Source: an uncultured Actinomycetota bacterium (GTDB lineage Bacteria; Actinomycetota; Actinomycetes; JAFAQI01). Taken from it: 64,000 bases of DNA. The number at the start of each line of letters is the position of its first letter. The first letter of the stretch is position 1. Where the stretch lies: assembly GCA_963770565.1 (NCBI GenBank), contig CAVYQE010000008.1, positions 64,001 through 128,000 of the forward strand, given 5' to 3'. The notes under the pieces were generated by a model. The model saw only the letters and a list, made by a program, of their open reading frames with translations, made no database searches and was not told the DNA's origin. The translations under genes were made by a program, and so were the position numbers. Positions 12,652-23,103 of the stretch are shown in pieces.

Positions 12652-14280
12652 GACCCGGCGCCGGCCGCCGCAGTCGAGCAGCTGGTCGATGCCGGCCGCG
12701 CGGTCGGTCAGGTGCAGCCTGACCAGCGGGCGGCTGCGGCCCTCGATCGCCTGGCTGTCGCCGAGCGCCTGGGCCAGTTGGAGCCGGCCGAAGGTGAACG
12801 GCCGACCGGGCACCTCGACGTCGAACGCGTGCGCGCCGGTGATCTGCAGGAAGACGCCGACCGGCGGGCCGCCTTTGTGGAACTGGCCGGTCGAGTGCAG
12901 GAAGCGCGGACCCCAGCCGAACGTGACCTGGTGCGGGGTGCGCGCCGCGAGTGCCTCGCGCAGGGTCGCCGCGGCCGCATCGTGGATCCGGTCGAGGTAG
13001 GCCATCACGGCGAGGTATCCGCGGTCCGGAATCGCCCCGAGCAGTGCGGCGACGACACCGGCGACGTCGGCGGCTCCACGAAGTAGTACGGCGTCGCCGT
13101 GCACCTCGACGGCGCCGTCGACGAACGCTGGCTCGCCCTCTGGCAGCGGGCCGTCACCGGCCTTGTCGAGGACCGCGTTCGTGTTGTCCTTCGACTCCTG
13201 CACGTTGGGCTGGTTGAACGGGTCGATTCCGATCACCTTGCCGGCGACCGCGGTCGCGAACTCCCAGGCCATGAACTGCGCGCCGAGCGGGCCGCGCACG
13301 CTCGTCCCCGGGTCGGCCGGCGAGCCGCCGAGGGTCACCAGGTGGGTGTCCGCGCGCGCGACGAAGCCGGGCGCCTCGGTCGAGCCGACCACGACCGGCA
13401 GCAGACCGCGCCCGCTCTTGCCGGTCGACTCCGCGATCAGCTGCTCGGCCCAGTCGCCGAAGCCGATGATGCCGGAGCCGGCGTCGGCGATCACGATCTT
13501 GTCATGGCCGGCGTTGCCGTAGCCACCGAGCGCCGCACCCAACGCCAGTGCCGGGTTGCCGTCGTCGCCCGACAAGAACGGCACCACCGCGGCGGCTTCG
13601 TCGAGCAGCTCACCGACCGGCACCCCGGCCAGCCCGGTCGGCACCAGGCCGAACGCGCTGAGCGCGCTGTAGCGGCCGCCGATGTTGGGGTCGGCCTCGA
13701 AGATCCGGTAACCGGCCTCGGTCGCGATCGCATGCAGCGGCGAACCCGGGTCGGTGACGACGACGATGCGCTGCGCCGGGTCGACGCCCGCGGCGCTGAA
13801 GGCCTCCTCATAGGCCCGGCGGTGGCTGTCGGTCTCGAGCGTGCCGCCGCTCTTGCTGGACACGACGAGGATGGCGCGCGCCAGCCGGTCGCTCAGCGCC
13901 GCCGCGATCTGGCCGGGGTCGGTCGTGTCGAGCGTCGTGAGCTCGACCGAGTACGTCGCGGCAATGACCTCGGGTGCGAGCGACGAGCCGCCCATCCCGG
14001 CCAGCACGACGTGGTCGGCACCGGCCGCGTTGAGGTCCCCGCGCAGCGCCTCGATCCGCGGCACCAGCGGCCTCGACACCTCGACGCAGTCGAGCCAGCC
14101 CAGCCGGATCGCCGCCTCGGCCGAGGCATCGGGGCCCCACAGCGAGGCGTCCTTGCCGATGATCGCCGCGGCGACACCGGCCAGACCGGCCTGTGCCTGC
14201 GCGCTCGCCGCGAGCAGGTCGGCGCCGGCCGACTCGACCGATACTCCGCCGACGCTCACGGCCGCGGACCGATCGTTCAC
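12648..14280 (-). CDS. pgi: Glucose-6-phosphate isomerase (actinobacterial tal-linked type); +1 base near 12676 hides the stop
   Basis: [65 protein letters not shown]. Confidence 0.88.
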
Positions 14281-15394
14281 TCCTCACCCGCCAGCTTCTC
14301 GAGCTCGGCCTGCACGGAGTCGGTCAGCTCGTTCCACGAGTTGTCGAACTTCTCGACGCCCTCGACCTCGAGAACCCGCACGACGTCGTCGTAGTCGATC
14401 CCGACGCCGGCGAGGGCATCGAGCACACCTTGCGCATGGATGTAGTTGGGCCGGATCGTGTCGCCGGTGATCTTGCCGTGGTCGGCCACTGCGAGGATCG
14501 TGCTCTCGGGCATCGTGTTGACGGTGCCGGGCGCGACCAGGTCGACGACGTACATGGTGTCTTCGTACGCCGGGTCCTTCGTTGACGTCGATGCCCAGAG
14601 CGGACGCTGCGGCTTCGCGCCGGCGGCCTCGAGGGCCCGCCACCGGTCGGAGTCGAACTTCTCCTCGAAGAGCTTGTAGGCGAGCCGAGCGTTGGCGACC
14701 GCCGCCTTGCCACGCAGCGCCTTCGCCTCGTCGGTGCCGATCTTGTCGAGCCGGCCGTCGACCTCGGTGTCGACCCGGGACACGAAGAACGACGCGACCG
14801 AGCCGAGCGTCGACAGGTCGTGGCCGGCTGCGCGGGCGCGCTCGAGGCCGGAGAGGAACGCGTCGATTACCTCGCGGTAGCGCTCGAGGGAGAAGATCAG
14901 GGTGACATTGACACTGATCCCTTCGGACAGCGTCTGCTCGATCGCGGGCACGCCCTCGACGGTTGCCGGGATCTTGATGAACAGGTTCGGCCGGTCGACC
15001 AGCCACCACAGCGATCGCGCCTCTGCCACGGTCTTCTTGCTGTCGTTCGCGAGGGCGGGCGACACCTCGATCGACACCCGCCCGTCGACGCTGTCGCTGG
15101 CGTCGTATTCCGGTCTGAAGACGTCACACGCCGCGCGGACGTCCTGCGCGGTGATCGCCCGCAACGCCTCGGCGACCGTCGACACCACGGATGGCGAGGC
15201 CCTTGACCTGCTCGTGGTAGAACGTCGCTGCCGGTGATCGCGTGCTGGAAGATCGTCGGGTTGGTGGTCACGCCGACCACGTGACGGTCACGGATCAGCC
15301 TGGCCAGGCTGCCGGTCACCAGCCGCTCGCGCGACAGGTCATCGAGCCAGATGGCGACGCCGGACTTGGCCAGTTCCTTCAGCTGGTCGGTCAT
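14277..15394 (-). CDS. tal: Transaldolase (two frameshifts near 15226 and 15181, probably sequencing errors)
   Basis: [57 protein letters not shown]. Confidence 0.9.
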
Positions 15395-15424
15395 ACGGTG
15401 CTCCTCGATTGGCGCTCGACGTGC

Positions 15425-17509
15425 CTAGTTTCCGGTGGTTGACCCCTTGGTCGCGCCAACCTTCGACAGGCTGGCGTGGGCCGCCGCGACGATCCGATCC
15501 GGCGTGAACCCAAACTGCTCGTAGATGATCCGGTACGGCGCGCTGGCGCCGAAGTGCTCCAGCGAGATGCACTCGCCGGCGTCACCGACGAAGTCGCGCC
15601 AGCCGAACGCTACTGCCGCCTCGACGGACACCCGGGCGCGGACGTCGGGCGGCAGGATCTCCTGGCGGTAGGACGCGTCCTGTGCCTCGAACCACTCCCG
15701 GCAGGGCATCGACACGACCCGCGTCGGGGTGCCCTCGGCCTCGAGTAGGTCGCGCGCCTCCAGCGCCATCGCGACTTCGCTCCCGGTCGCGATCAGGATG
15801 ACCTTTGGCGTCCCGCTGCTGGCCTCGGCGAGCACGTAGGCGCCGCGCACGACGCCGTCGGCCGAGCCGAGCGTCGACCGGTCGATCACCGGGAGGTCCT
15901 GACGGGAGAGGATCAACCCGGCCGGCCGGTCGCCATGCTCGATGATGGTCCGCCACGCGATCGAGGTCTCGGTCGCATCAGCGGGTCGTACGACGTCGAG
16001 ACCCGGGATCGCGCGCAGGGCCGCGAGGTGCTCGACCGGCTGGTGGGTCGGGCCGTCCTCGCCGAGCCCGATCGAGTCGTGGGTCCAGACGTAGGTCACC
16101 GGTGCCTTCATCAGCGCGGCCAGCCGCACCGCGCCGCGCATGTAGTCCGAGAAGGTGAGGAACGTGCCGCCGAACACCCGGGTGCCGCCGTGCAGGGCGA
16201 TCCCGTTGAGGATCGCGCCCATGCCGTGCTCGCGGATGCCGAAGTGCAGGATCCGGCCGTACGGCGACCCGCCGTGCGCCTCCGGCAGGAAAGAGTCGGC
16301 ACCGTCGATCTCGGTCAGGTTGCTCTCGGCCAGGTCGGCCGAGCCGCCCCACAGCTCCGGCAGCGCCGGCGCGATCGCATTGATGACTGCGCCGCTCGCC
16401 TTGCGGGTCGCCATCGGCTTCTCACCGGCGAAGTCCGGCAGCTTCGCGTCCCATCCCTCGGGCAGCCGGCGCTGCGAGATCCGCTCGAGCTCCGCGGCCC
16501 GATCGGGGTTGGCGGCCGCCCAGGCGTCGAAGCGCTCCTGCCATTCGGCGTGGGCGGCCCGGCCGCGGTCGACGACCTCGCGGGTGTGCGCGAGGACGTG
16601 GTCCGGGCAGTAGAAGCTCACCGCCGGGTCAAGGCCGAGGATCACCTTGGTCTTCGCGACCTCCTCGGCGCCGAGCGCCGAGCCGTGCGCCTTGCCGGTG
16701 TTCTGCTTGGTCGGGGCCGGCCAGCCGATGATCGAGTGCACGACGATCAGGCTCGGCTTGGCGGTCTCGGCCCGGGCTGCGTCGAACGCGTCGTACACCG
16801 CTTGGACGTCGTTGACGTCGGCGACGTGCTGGACATGCCAACCGTAGGCCTCGTAGCGGGCACCGACGTCCTCGCTGAACGCGACCTTGGTGTCGCCCTC
16901 GATCGAGATGTGGTTGTCGTCGTAGAGCAGCACGAGGCTGCCGAGCTGCTGGTGGCCGGCGATCGAGCTCGCTTCGGAGGAGATCCCCTCTTCCATGTCC
17001 CCGTCCGAGGCGAAGCACCAGATCGTGTGGTCGAACGGGCTCTCGCCGGGGGCGGCGCCGGGGTCGAACAGGCCCCGCTCGTAGCGAGCCGCCATCGCCA
17101 TCCCGACCGCGTTGCCGACCCCCTGGCCGAGCGGCCCGGTCGTGGTCTCGACGCCGATCGTGTGACCGTGCTCCGGGTGGCCCGGGGTCAGGGAGCCCCA
17201 TTGGCGGAGCAGCCTGAGGTCCTCCATCGTGAGGCCGTAGCCGGACAGGAAGAGCTGGATGTAGAGGGTCAGGCTGGAGTGGCCGCAGCTGAGCACGAAC
17301 CGGTCCCGGCCGACCCAGGCCGCGTCGGTCGGGTCGTGCCGCATCAGCCGCTGGAACAGCAGGTACGCCGCCGGCGCGAGGCTCATCGCGGTGCCAGGAT
17401 GGCCGTTTCCGGCGGCCTCGACCGCGTCCATTGCCAGTGCGCGGACGATGTCGACGGCGAGCTTGTCGTCATCGCTCCAGGCCAGCGCCTGGTGCCTGGT
17501 TGTGCTCAC
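15425..17509 (-). CDS. tkt: Transketolase
   Basis: GHPGTAMSLAP, TTGPLGQG, SDGDMEEG, HDSIGLGEDGPTHQP. Confidence 0.98.
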   Translation of the reverse strand: MSTTRHQALAWSDDDKLAVDIVRALAMDAVEAAGNGHPGTAMSLAPAAYLLFQRLMRHDPTDAAWVGRDRFVLSCGHSSLTLYIQLFLSGYGLTMEDLRLLRQWGSLTPGHPEHGHTIGVETTTGPLGQGVGNAVGMAMAARYERGLFDPGAAPGESPFDHTIWCFASDGDMEEGISSEASSIAGHQQLGSLVLLYDDNHISIEGDTKVAFSEDVGARYEAYGWHVQHVADVNDVQAVYDAFDAARAETAKPSLIVVHSIIGWPAPTKQNTGKAHGSALGAEEVAKTKVILGLDPAVSFYCPDHVLAHTREVVDRGRAAHAEWQERFDAWAAANPDRAAELERISQRRLPEGWDAKLPDFAGEKPMATRKASGAVINAIAPALPELWGGSADLAESNLTEIDGADSFLPEAHGGSPYGRILHFGIREHGMGAILNGIALHGGTRVFGGTFLTFSDYMRGAVRLAALMKAPVTYVWTHDSIGLGEDGPTHQPVEHLAALRAIPGLDVVRPADATETSIAWRTIIEHGDRPAGLILSRQDLPVIDRSTLGSADGVVRGAYVLAEASSGTPKVILIATGSEVAMALEARDLLEAEGTPTRVVSMPCREWFEAQDASYRQEILPPDVRARVSVEAAVAFGWRDFVGDAGECISLEHFGASAPYRIIYEQFGFTPDRIVAAAHASLSKVGATKGSTTGN

Positions 17510-17694
17510 GATGGCTCCTCGGACGAAGTGATCACTGTCGAGCGTAGTGACGTTGCGGGACAGAACAATCCCCGGCGGTCATACCCATGCACGGCCCCCA
17601 CCAACGGTGACCGTTAGGATCGCTCTGGTTGCCTAGCAGCTGCCGGGGAATGCGACGCCGACGCTGACGCCGCCCGCCGAACCAAAGGATGCGC

Positions 17695-18624
17695 GTGACG
17701 CAGGTTGCCTCGCCCGCAGTGGCCGTTGGCCCCGGCGTCCGCGAGGTGAGCCCCGGTGTCCGTGCGGTCATCGGCCGCTATGTCGCCCTGACGAAGCCGC
17801 GGATCATCGAGCTCCTGCTCGTCACGACACTGCCGGTGATGATCCTGGCGGCCCGCGGGCTGCCGTCGTTGTGGACGGCGGCCGCGACCCTGGTCGGCGG
17901 CACGCTGGCGGCCGGGAGCGCCAACACGCTCAACTGCGTCGTCGACCGCGACATCGACGCGGTGATGTCGCGCACCCGGCGCCGGCCGATGGCCCGCCAG
18001 GAGGTGCCGCCGGTCGCGGCGCTGCGGTTCGGGATCGCGCTCGGCGCGGCGGCCACGCTGCTGTTGGGCCTCGGCGTCAACCTGGTCTCGGCCGGCCTGG
18101 CCGACGCCGCGATCCTGTTCTACGTCTTCGTCTACACGCTGGGTCTGAAGCGCCGTACGCCGTCGAACATCGTGATCGGCGGCGCGGCCGGCTGCTTCCC
18201 GGTGCTGATCGGGTGGTCGGCCGTGCGTGGCGATGTCGGCTGGCCGGCGGTCGTGCTGTTTGCCGTGGTGTTCCTGTGGACGCCGCCGCATTTCTGGGCG
18301 CTGGCGATGCGGTTCAAGGACGACTACGCCGCGGCCGGGGTGCCGATGCTGCCCGTCGTGGCGCCGGCTCGCTCGGTGACCCGGCAGATCGTGCTCTATT
18401 CGTGGGCGATGGTGGCCGCCTCGCTGATCCTGATCCCGTTCGGGGCCGGTCCGCTCTACGCGGCAGCCGCCGTCGTACTCGGGGCCGGCTTCCTATTCGA
18501 GGCGCACCGGCTCGACCGCCGGGTGCGCCGCGGCGAGCCGGCCAAGCCGCTCGCCCTGTTCCACCAGTCGATCAGCTATCTCACGCTGTTGTTTGTGGCT
18601 GTCGCGCTGAGCCAGTTCGTCTGA
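17695..18624 (+). CDS. ctaB: Heme o synthase (protoheme IX farnesyltransferase)
   Basis: [36 protein letters not shown]; start could also be ATG 17689. Confidence 0.96.
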   Translation: MTQVASPAVAVGPGVREVSPGVRAVIGRYVALTKPRIIELLLVTTLPVMILAARGLPSLWTAAATLVGGTLAAGSANTLNCVVDRDIDAVMSRTRRRPMARQEVPPVAALRFGIALGAAATLLLGLGVNLVSAGLADAAILFYVFVYTLGLKRRTPSNIVIGGAAGCFPVLIGWSAVRGDVGWPAVVLFAVVFLWTPPHFWALAMRFKDDYAAAGVPMLPVVAPARSVTRQIVLYSWAMVAASLILIPFGAGPLYAAAAVVLGAGFLFEAHRLDRRVRRGEPAKPLALFHQSISYLTLLFVAVALSQFV

Positions 18625-19522
18625 GCCGGGGCTCGTCCGGCGCGGCGGGCACCGGCGCGGTGAAGCCCAGCTGGAGCCAGATCGTCGCGCCCCACAGCAC
18701 GGTCGCTCCGGCGACGTGGAGCTCGACGACGCCAGGCGGCAGGTTGAGGAAGTACTGCGTGTAGCCGATCGCGACCTGCAGCACGATCATCCCGGCGAGG
18801 AACGAGGCGCGGCGCCGGATCAGGTCGGTGGTGGGCGTGAGGCGGACGGCGAACAAGGTGGCGATCACCAGGCCGGTGAGCAGCAGCGCGGAGTCGGCAT
18901 GGAGCTGGGTGACCCGCTCGAGCGGGAAGTGCAGCCGCTTGACGTGCGCGCCCGAGCCCGCATGGGGGCCGGTGCCGGTGGTGACGGTGCCGAGGAACAG
19001 CACGACCGCGGCGACCGCGACGAGCAGCCGGCCGAGCAGGAGCAACGGGCGAGCGACGTCGGGCTGCATCGGCGCCCATCGCGGTTCGGCCCGGTGGACC
19101 AGGACCAGTGCGATCCACAGCATGGTCATCGAGAGCAGGAAGTGCGCCATGACCCAGGGCGGGGCCAGGTGGTAGATGACCGAAAGGCCGCCGACGACGG
19201 CCTGGCCGGCGAAGCCCACCACCAGGCTCCAAGCCAGCCAGCTGAGGTCGCGCCGGCGCGGCGTACGCAGCAGGGCACCGACCGCAACCAGGAGCACGAA
19301 GACGCCGACCAGCGAGGTGATCACGCGGTTCACGAACTCGACGAGCGCGTGGTAGGACGCCGGGGCGACCAGCGACGTGCTCGTGCACCGGGGCCAGTCC
19401 GGGCAGCCGAGCCCGGACGACGTGAGCCGGACGGCCGCGCCGGTGACCACGATCGCAGCGAGCGATACCGCTACGGCCACGGTGAGCCGGCGGAATGTCG
19501 TGGGGGAGATCGACGCTGACAT
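18581..19522 (-). CDS. ctaA: Heme A synthase (COX15/CtaA family)
   Basis: [33 protein letters not shown] and conserved His residues. Confidence 0.93.
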   Translation of the reverse strand: MSASISPTTFRRLTVAVAVSLAAIVVTGAAVRLTSSGLGCPDWPRCTSTSLVAPASYHALVEFVNRVITSLVGVFVLLVAVGALLRTPRRRDLSWLAWSLVVGFAGQAVVGGLSVIYHLAPPWVMAHFLLSMTMLWIALVLVHRAEPRWAPMQPDVARPLLLLGRLLVAVAAVVLFLGTVTTGTGPHAGSGAHVKRLHFPLERVTQLHADSALLLTGLVIATLFAVRLTPTTDLIRRRASFLAGMIVLQVAIGYTQYFLNLPPGVVELHVAGATVLWGATIWLQLGFTAPVPAAPDEPRLRRTGSARQPQTTA

Positions 19523-19633
19523 TCTTCGGGAAGTCTAGGAGAGCGGGCCGCGCACGCCCCCGGGGCCTAACTAATCCGGATGACCCGAGTTAGTGTGGAT
19601 ATCGCCAGATGGATGTCCGAAGGAGGGAACGGC

Positions 19634-20170
19634 GTGACGACCCGAACGGTCAGCCCGGCGCTGGCCACACGGAGTAGCCGGCTGTCGGCGTTCTTCTCGT
19701 TCCCGGATCCGGTCAACGAGGTCTCCGCCCGGCTCGTCGCCGGCGGGGTCGTGCTGATGACGGTGCCGGCGCTGATCTTCGACGAGCACGCGGTGTGGCT
19801 GATCGCGGTCCTCGCGTACGGCTTTGTCGCCCGCGTGCTGACCGGGCCGACCATGAGCCCGCTCGGCCAGTTCGTGACCCGGGTCGTGACGCCCCGGCTG
19901 GGTCTGGGGTTCCGGCCGGTGCCGGGCCCGCCGAAGCGGTTCGCTCAGGCGATGGGAGTGGCGTTCTCGGTCAGCGCCCTTGCCCTGACTCTGGCCGGCG
20001 CGGATCTGCCCGCCAGGATCGTGCTGGCCCTGCTGTTGACCGCGGCCACCTTGGAGTCGGTCTTCGCGCTCTGCCTCGGCTGTGTGGTGTTCGGCGTACT
20101 CATGCGGGCCGGGATCGTGCCCGACTCGGTCTGCGAGCGCTGCAACAACATCGCCCTCCGCTCCCTCTAA
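19634..20170 (+). CDS. DUF4395-family membrane protein
   Basis: FPDPVNEVSAR, GPPKRFAQ, LESVFALCLGC, CERC; AAGGAGGG RBS before GTG 19634. Confidence 0.82.
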   Translation: MTTRTVSPALATRSSRLSAFFSFPDPVNEVSARLVAGGVVLMTVPALIFDEHAVWLIAVLAYGFVARVLTGPTMSPLGQFVTRVVTPRLGLGFRPVPGPPKRFAQAMGVAFSVSALALTLAGADLPARIVLALLLTAATLESVFALCLGCVVFGVLMRAGIVPDSVCERCNNIALRSL

Positions 20171-20177
20171 CCCCCGC

Positions 20178-20258
20178 CAAGCAATGTCACATTGCCCAGC
20201 GTTTCCTGGGGGTGGTGTCACATTGCCACGGGGTTTCCCGGGGCAATGTGACATTGCT
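20178..20258 (+). repeat. Dispersed triple-palindrome element, copy 1
   Basis: GCAATGT(C/G)ACATTGC-type motifs centred at 20188, 20219 and 20250; terminal inverted repeat AGCAATGTCACATTGCCC. Confidence 0.92.
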
Positions 20259-20613
20259 ACGAGAAGGGGTGGCGGGGGCGGCGGAGCACGGGGGCGAATG
20301 CCTTAGCGACCGCGGTGCGCTCGGCGTCCCGCCACGCCCGACGGTCGGTGAAGGCCGCTTGCCGGTGCCTGCGCGATCCGCGCGCGACCAATGCTGAGCG
20401 CACCACGAACCCGGCCGGTACGACGAAGGGAAGGAGCGCCCAACCGCCGGCTCCGGTCATCGCCAGGACCGCGCTGACCGCGGCAGCGGCGAGCAGGGTC
20501 AGGAACGCGTCCGCGCCGGCGGCGAGGCTCGACCAGAAGTCGCGGTCGCTGCGGAACGGCTCCTCGACCCGCTCGGTCAACGACTCGTTCTCCCACCAGG
20601 AGCTCACGGTCAT
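20257..20613 (-). CDS. Hypothetical membrane protein
   Basis: 118-aa ORF with two hydrophobic segments; fills the space between neighbours. Confidence 0.6.
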   Translation of the reverse strand: MTVSSWWENESLTERVEEPFRSDRDFWSSLAAGADAFLTLLAAAAVSAVLAMTGAGGWALLPFVVPAGFVVRSALVARGSRRHRQAAFTDRRAWRDAERTAVAKAFAPVLRRPRHPFS

Positions 20614-20719
20614 GCTTAGGCATCGACAGACCGGGCCGCCGGCCGGTTCGCCCGGACGAGCGACCTTCAGGGCCGCCGATCGGTTTGCCGGGGGATCCGC
20701 CGGTTTGCGCAGCGGTCAG

Positions 20720-20815
20720 GGCGGTCCGACCACCCGCCGGATGCTCGAGGAGATCCTCGCGGTCGAGGAGGAGCGCGGCAACGACATGCTCACCTTCCTG
20801 GAGCAGATGACCTGA
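20720..20815 (+). pseudogene. 3' remnant of a ferritin-like (bacterioferritin/DPS-like) gene
   Basis: Translates GGPTTRRMLEEILAVEEERGNDMLTFLEQMT*, resembling the DPTTRRMLEEILAxEEEHADD C-terminal helix; no upstream homologous frame recognisable. Confidence 0.6.
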
Positions 20816-20841
20816 GGGGCGCGGCCCGTCCGGGGGGTGAC

Positions 20842-20859
20842 CTTAACGTGCGCGTTAAG
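20842..20859. promoter_or_regulatory. Putative MerR-family operator
   Basis: Perfect-arm palindrome CTTAACG-TGCG-CGTTAAG immediately upstream of the MFS-MerR operon. Confidence 0.6.
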
Positions 20860-20869
20860 ATTCCTTATC

Positions 20870-22567
20870 GTGCGCGACTACAAGTGGACTGCCTTGTTCA
20901 TCTGCACCCTCGGGGTGCTGATGGCGACGATCGACGGCTCGATCACGCTGATCTCACTGCCGACGATCTTCCGCGGGATCGGGATCGACCCGCTGCAGCC
21001 CGGCAACAGCTTCTACCTGCTTTGGATGATCCTGGGCTTCCTCGTTGTCACGAGCGTGCTCGTGGTCAGCCTCGGCCGGCTCGGCGACATCTACGGCCGG
21101 GTCCGGATCTACAACCTCGGCTTCGCGGTCTTCACGTTCTTCTCGTTGTTGCTGAGCATCACCTGGACTTCGGGTCATGCGGCCGGGATCTGGCTGATCG
21201 TGATGCGGCTGTTCCAGGCGGTGGGCGCGGCGATGCTGATCGCCAACTCCGCGGCGATCCTCACCGATGCGTTCCCCTCGAACCAGCGCGGGACGGCGCT
21301 GGGGATCAATCAGACCGCTGCCTTCAGCGGGACCTTCATCGGTCTGGTGCTCGGTGGGGTCCTGGCGCCGATCAACTGGCGGCTGATCTTCTTGGTCTCG
21401 GTGCCGATCGGTTTGTTCGCGACGGTCTGGGGATACCTCAAGCTGCGCGAGCTGGCTGACCGGCGCCCGGCCCGGATCGACTGGCCGGGCAACGTGACGT
21501 TCGCGCTCGGCCTGGTGCTGGTCATGATCGGTATCACCTACGGCATAGAGCCGTATGGGGGCTCGACGATGGGCTGGACCAATCCCGCCGTGATCGGCGA
21601 GCTGGCCGCTGGCGTCGCCCTGCTGATCGCGTTCTGCGTGATCGAGACCCGGGTCGCCGAGCCGATGTTTCACCTGGAGCTGTTCAGAATCCGTGCGTTC
21701 ACCTCCGGCGTACTGGCCAGCTTCCTGGCGGCACTGAGCCGTGGCGGGTTGATGTTCATGCTGATCATCTGGCTGCAGGGGATCTGGCTTCCGTTGCACG
21801 GCGTCGAGTTCGCCGACACCCCGCTGCGGGCCGGCCTTGCGATGCTGCCGCTGACCTTCGGCTTCCTGGTGGCCGGGCCGGTGTCAGGCATCCTGTCCGA
21901 TCGGTTCGGCGCGCGGCCGTTTGCGACCGGGGGGATGATCGGTACGGCGATCTGCTTCGCGCTCTTCGAGATCCTGCCGGTCGACTTCTCCTATCCGGTC
22001 TTCGCGGTGTTGCTGTTCGTCACCGGCCTGGTGATGGCGGCGTTCGGTTCGCCGAACCGGGCCGGCGTGATGAACAGCCTGCCGCCGCAGCATCGCGGCT
22101 CCGGCTCCGGCATGAACACCACGTTCCAGAACTCGGCGCAGGTGCTGTCGATCGGCATCTTCTTCACCCTGATGATCGTGGGGTTGTCCGCGTCGCTGCG
22201 GACCAATCTCGACCACGGCCTGGTTGCGCACGGCGTGCCGGCCGCGGTCGCGACCCATGTCTCGAACCTCCCGCCGGTGTCGACGTTGTTCGCCGCATTC
22301 CTCGGCTACAACCCGGTCCAGCACCTGGTCGGCGCGCACGTGCTCTCGCAGCTGCCGGCCGGCCAGCAGGCAACCCTGACCGGCCGGACCTTCTTCCCGG
22401 GCTTGATCAGCAGCTCGTTCCGCAGCGGCCTTCGGGCCGCGTTCGACTTCGCGATCGTGGCGAGCGTGCTGGCCGCGATCGCGTCCTGGACCCGGGGTAC
22501 GACGTACCACTATGGCGACGCCGCCGCGGTGTCGCTCGATCCGGAACCGGAGGCACTCACTCGATGA
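20870..22567 (+). CDS. MFS transporter, 14-TMS DHA2-like
   Basis: LGRLGDIYGRVRIY motif A, second-half GILSDRFGAR, many TM segments. Confidence 0.9.
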   Translation: MRDYKWTALFICTLGVLMATIDGSITLISLPTIFRGIGIDPLQPGNSFYLLWMILGFLVVTSVLVVSLGRLGDIYGRVRIYNLGFAVFTFFSLLLSITWTSGHAAGIWLIVMRLFQAVGAAMLIANSAAILTDAFPSNQRGTALGINQTAAFSGTFIGLVLGGVLAPINWRLIFLVSVPIGLFATVWGYLKLRELADRRPARIDWPGNVTFALGLVLVMIGITYGIEPYGGSTMGWTNPAVIGELAAGVALLIAFCVIETRVAEPMFHLELFRIRAFTSGVLASFLAALSRGGLMFMLIIWLQGIWLPLHGVEFADTPLRAGLAMLPLTFGFLVAGPVSGILSDRFGARPFATGGMIGTAICFALFEILPVDFSYPVFAVLLFVTGLVMAAFGSPNRAGVMNSLPPQHRGSGSGMNTTFQNSAQVLSIGIFFTLMIVGLSASLRTNLDHGLVAHGVPAAVATHVSNLPPVSTLFAAFLGYNPVQHLVGAHVLSQLPAGQQATLTGRTFFPGLISSSFRSGLRAAFDFAIVASVLAAIASWTRGTTYHYGDAAAVSLDPEPEALTR

Positions 22568-23046
22568 GAACGCGTCGAGCGACCGGCGTCGGGCCGGTCG
22601 AGCTACGGATCGGCGAGGTGGCCAAGCTGACCGGGCTGACCACACGCACGCTGCGCTACTGGGAGGAGCTCGGCCTGCTGAGCCCGTCCGGCCACCGGGG
22701 GAGCGGCGAGCGGGTCTATTCGGCGCTGGACATGGCCCGGGTGACCCGGATCCGCGACCTTCAAGACCTGCTGGGCTTCTCGCTCGCGGAGGTGCGCGCC
22801 GTACTCGAGATCGAGGACGTCGAGGTGCTCGACCGGGTCCGGTCGGAGTTCCGGGCGGGCGAGCTGTCGGCGAAACGCAAGCGCGAGCTGCTCGACGAGG
22901 CCATCGCCGCCAATGACCACCTGCTCGAGCGGCTGGGGGAGACCCAGGCGCGGATCCAGGCGTTTCGCGACGAGCGGGCGGCGAAGGCGATCCGCCTGCG
23001 CGAGCTGCGCGACGGGCTCGGCGAGAAGGTCGGAGCGAGGCGCTAG
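22564..23046 (+). CDS. MerR-family transcriptional regulator
   Basis: LRIGEVAKLTGLTTRTLRYWEELGLL HTH, LGFSLAEV, C-terminal coiled coil. Confidence 0.92.
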   Translation: MRTRRATGVGPVELRIGEVAKLTGLTTRTLRYWEELGLLSPSGHRGSGERVYSALDMARVTRIRDLQDLLGFSLAEVRAVLEIEDVEVLDRVRSEFRAGELSAKRKRELLDEAIAANDHLLERLGETQARIQAFRDERAAKAIRLRELRDGLGEKVGARR

Positions 23047-23103
23047 GCCGCGGGTTCCCACTGAACGTTGAGCGCGGCTCGCTCGTGCCCCATGATCAAC
23101 ACC

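Noticed and set aside
11560-14280. 906-aa Pgi-Zwf fusion ORF
   Set aside because: Removing one base near 12676 restores a TGA overlapping the zwf ATG; it lies in a zone of repeated +1 errors.
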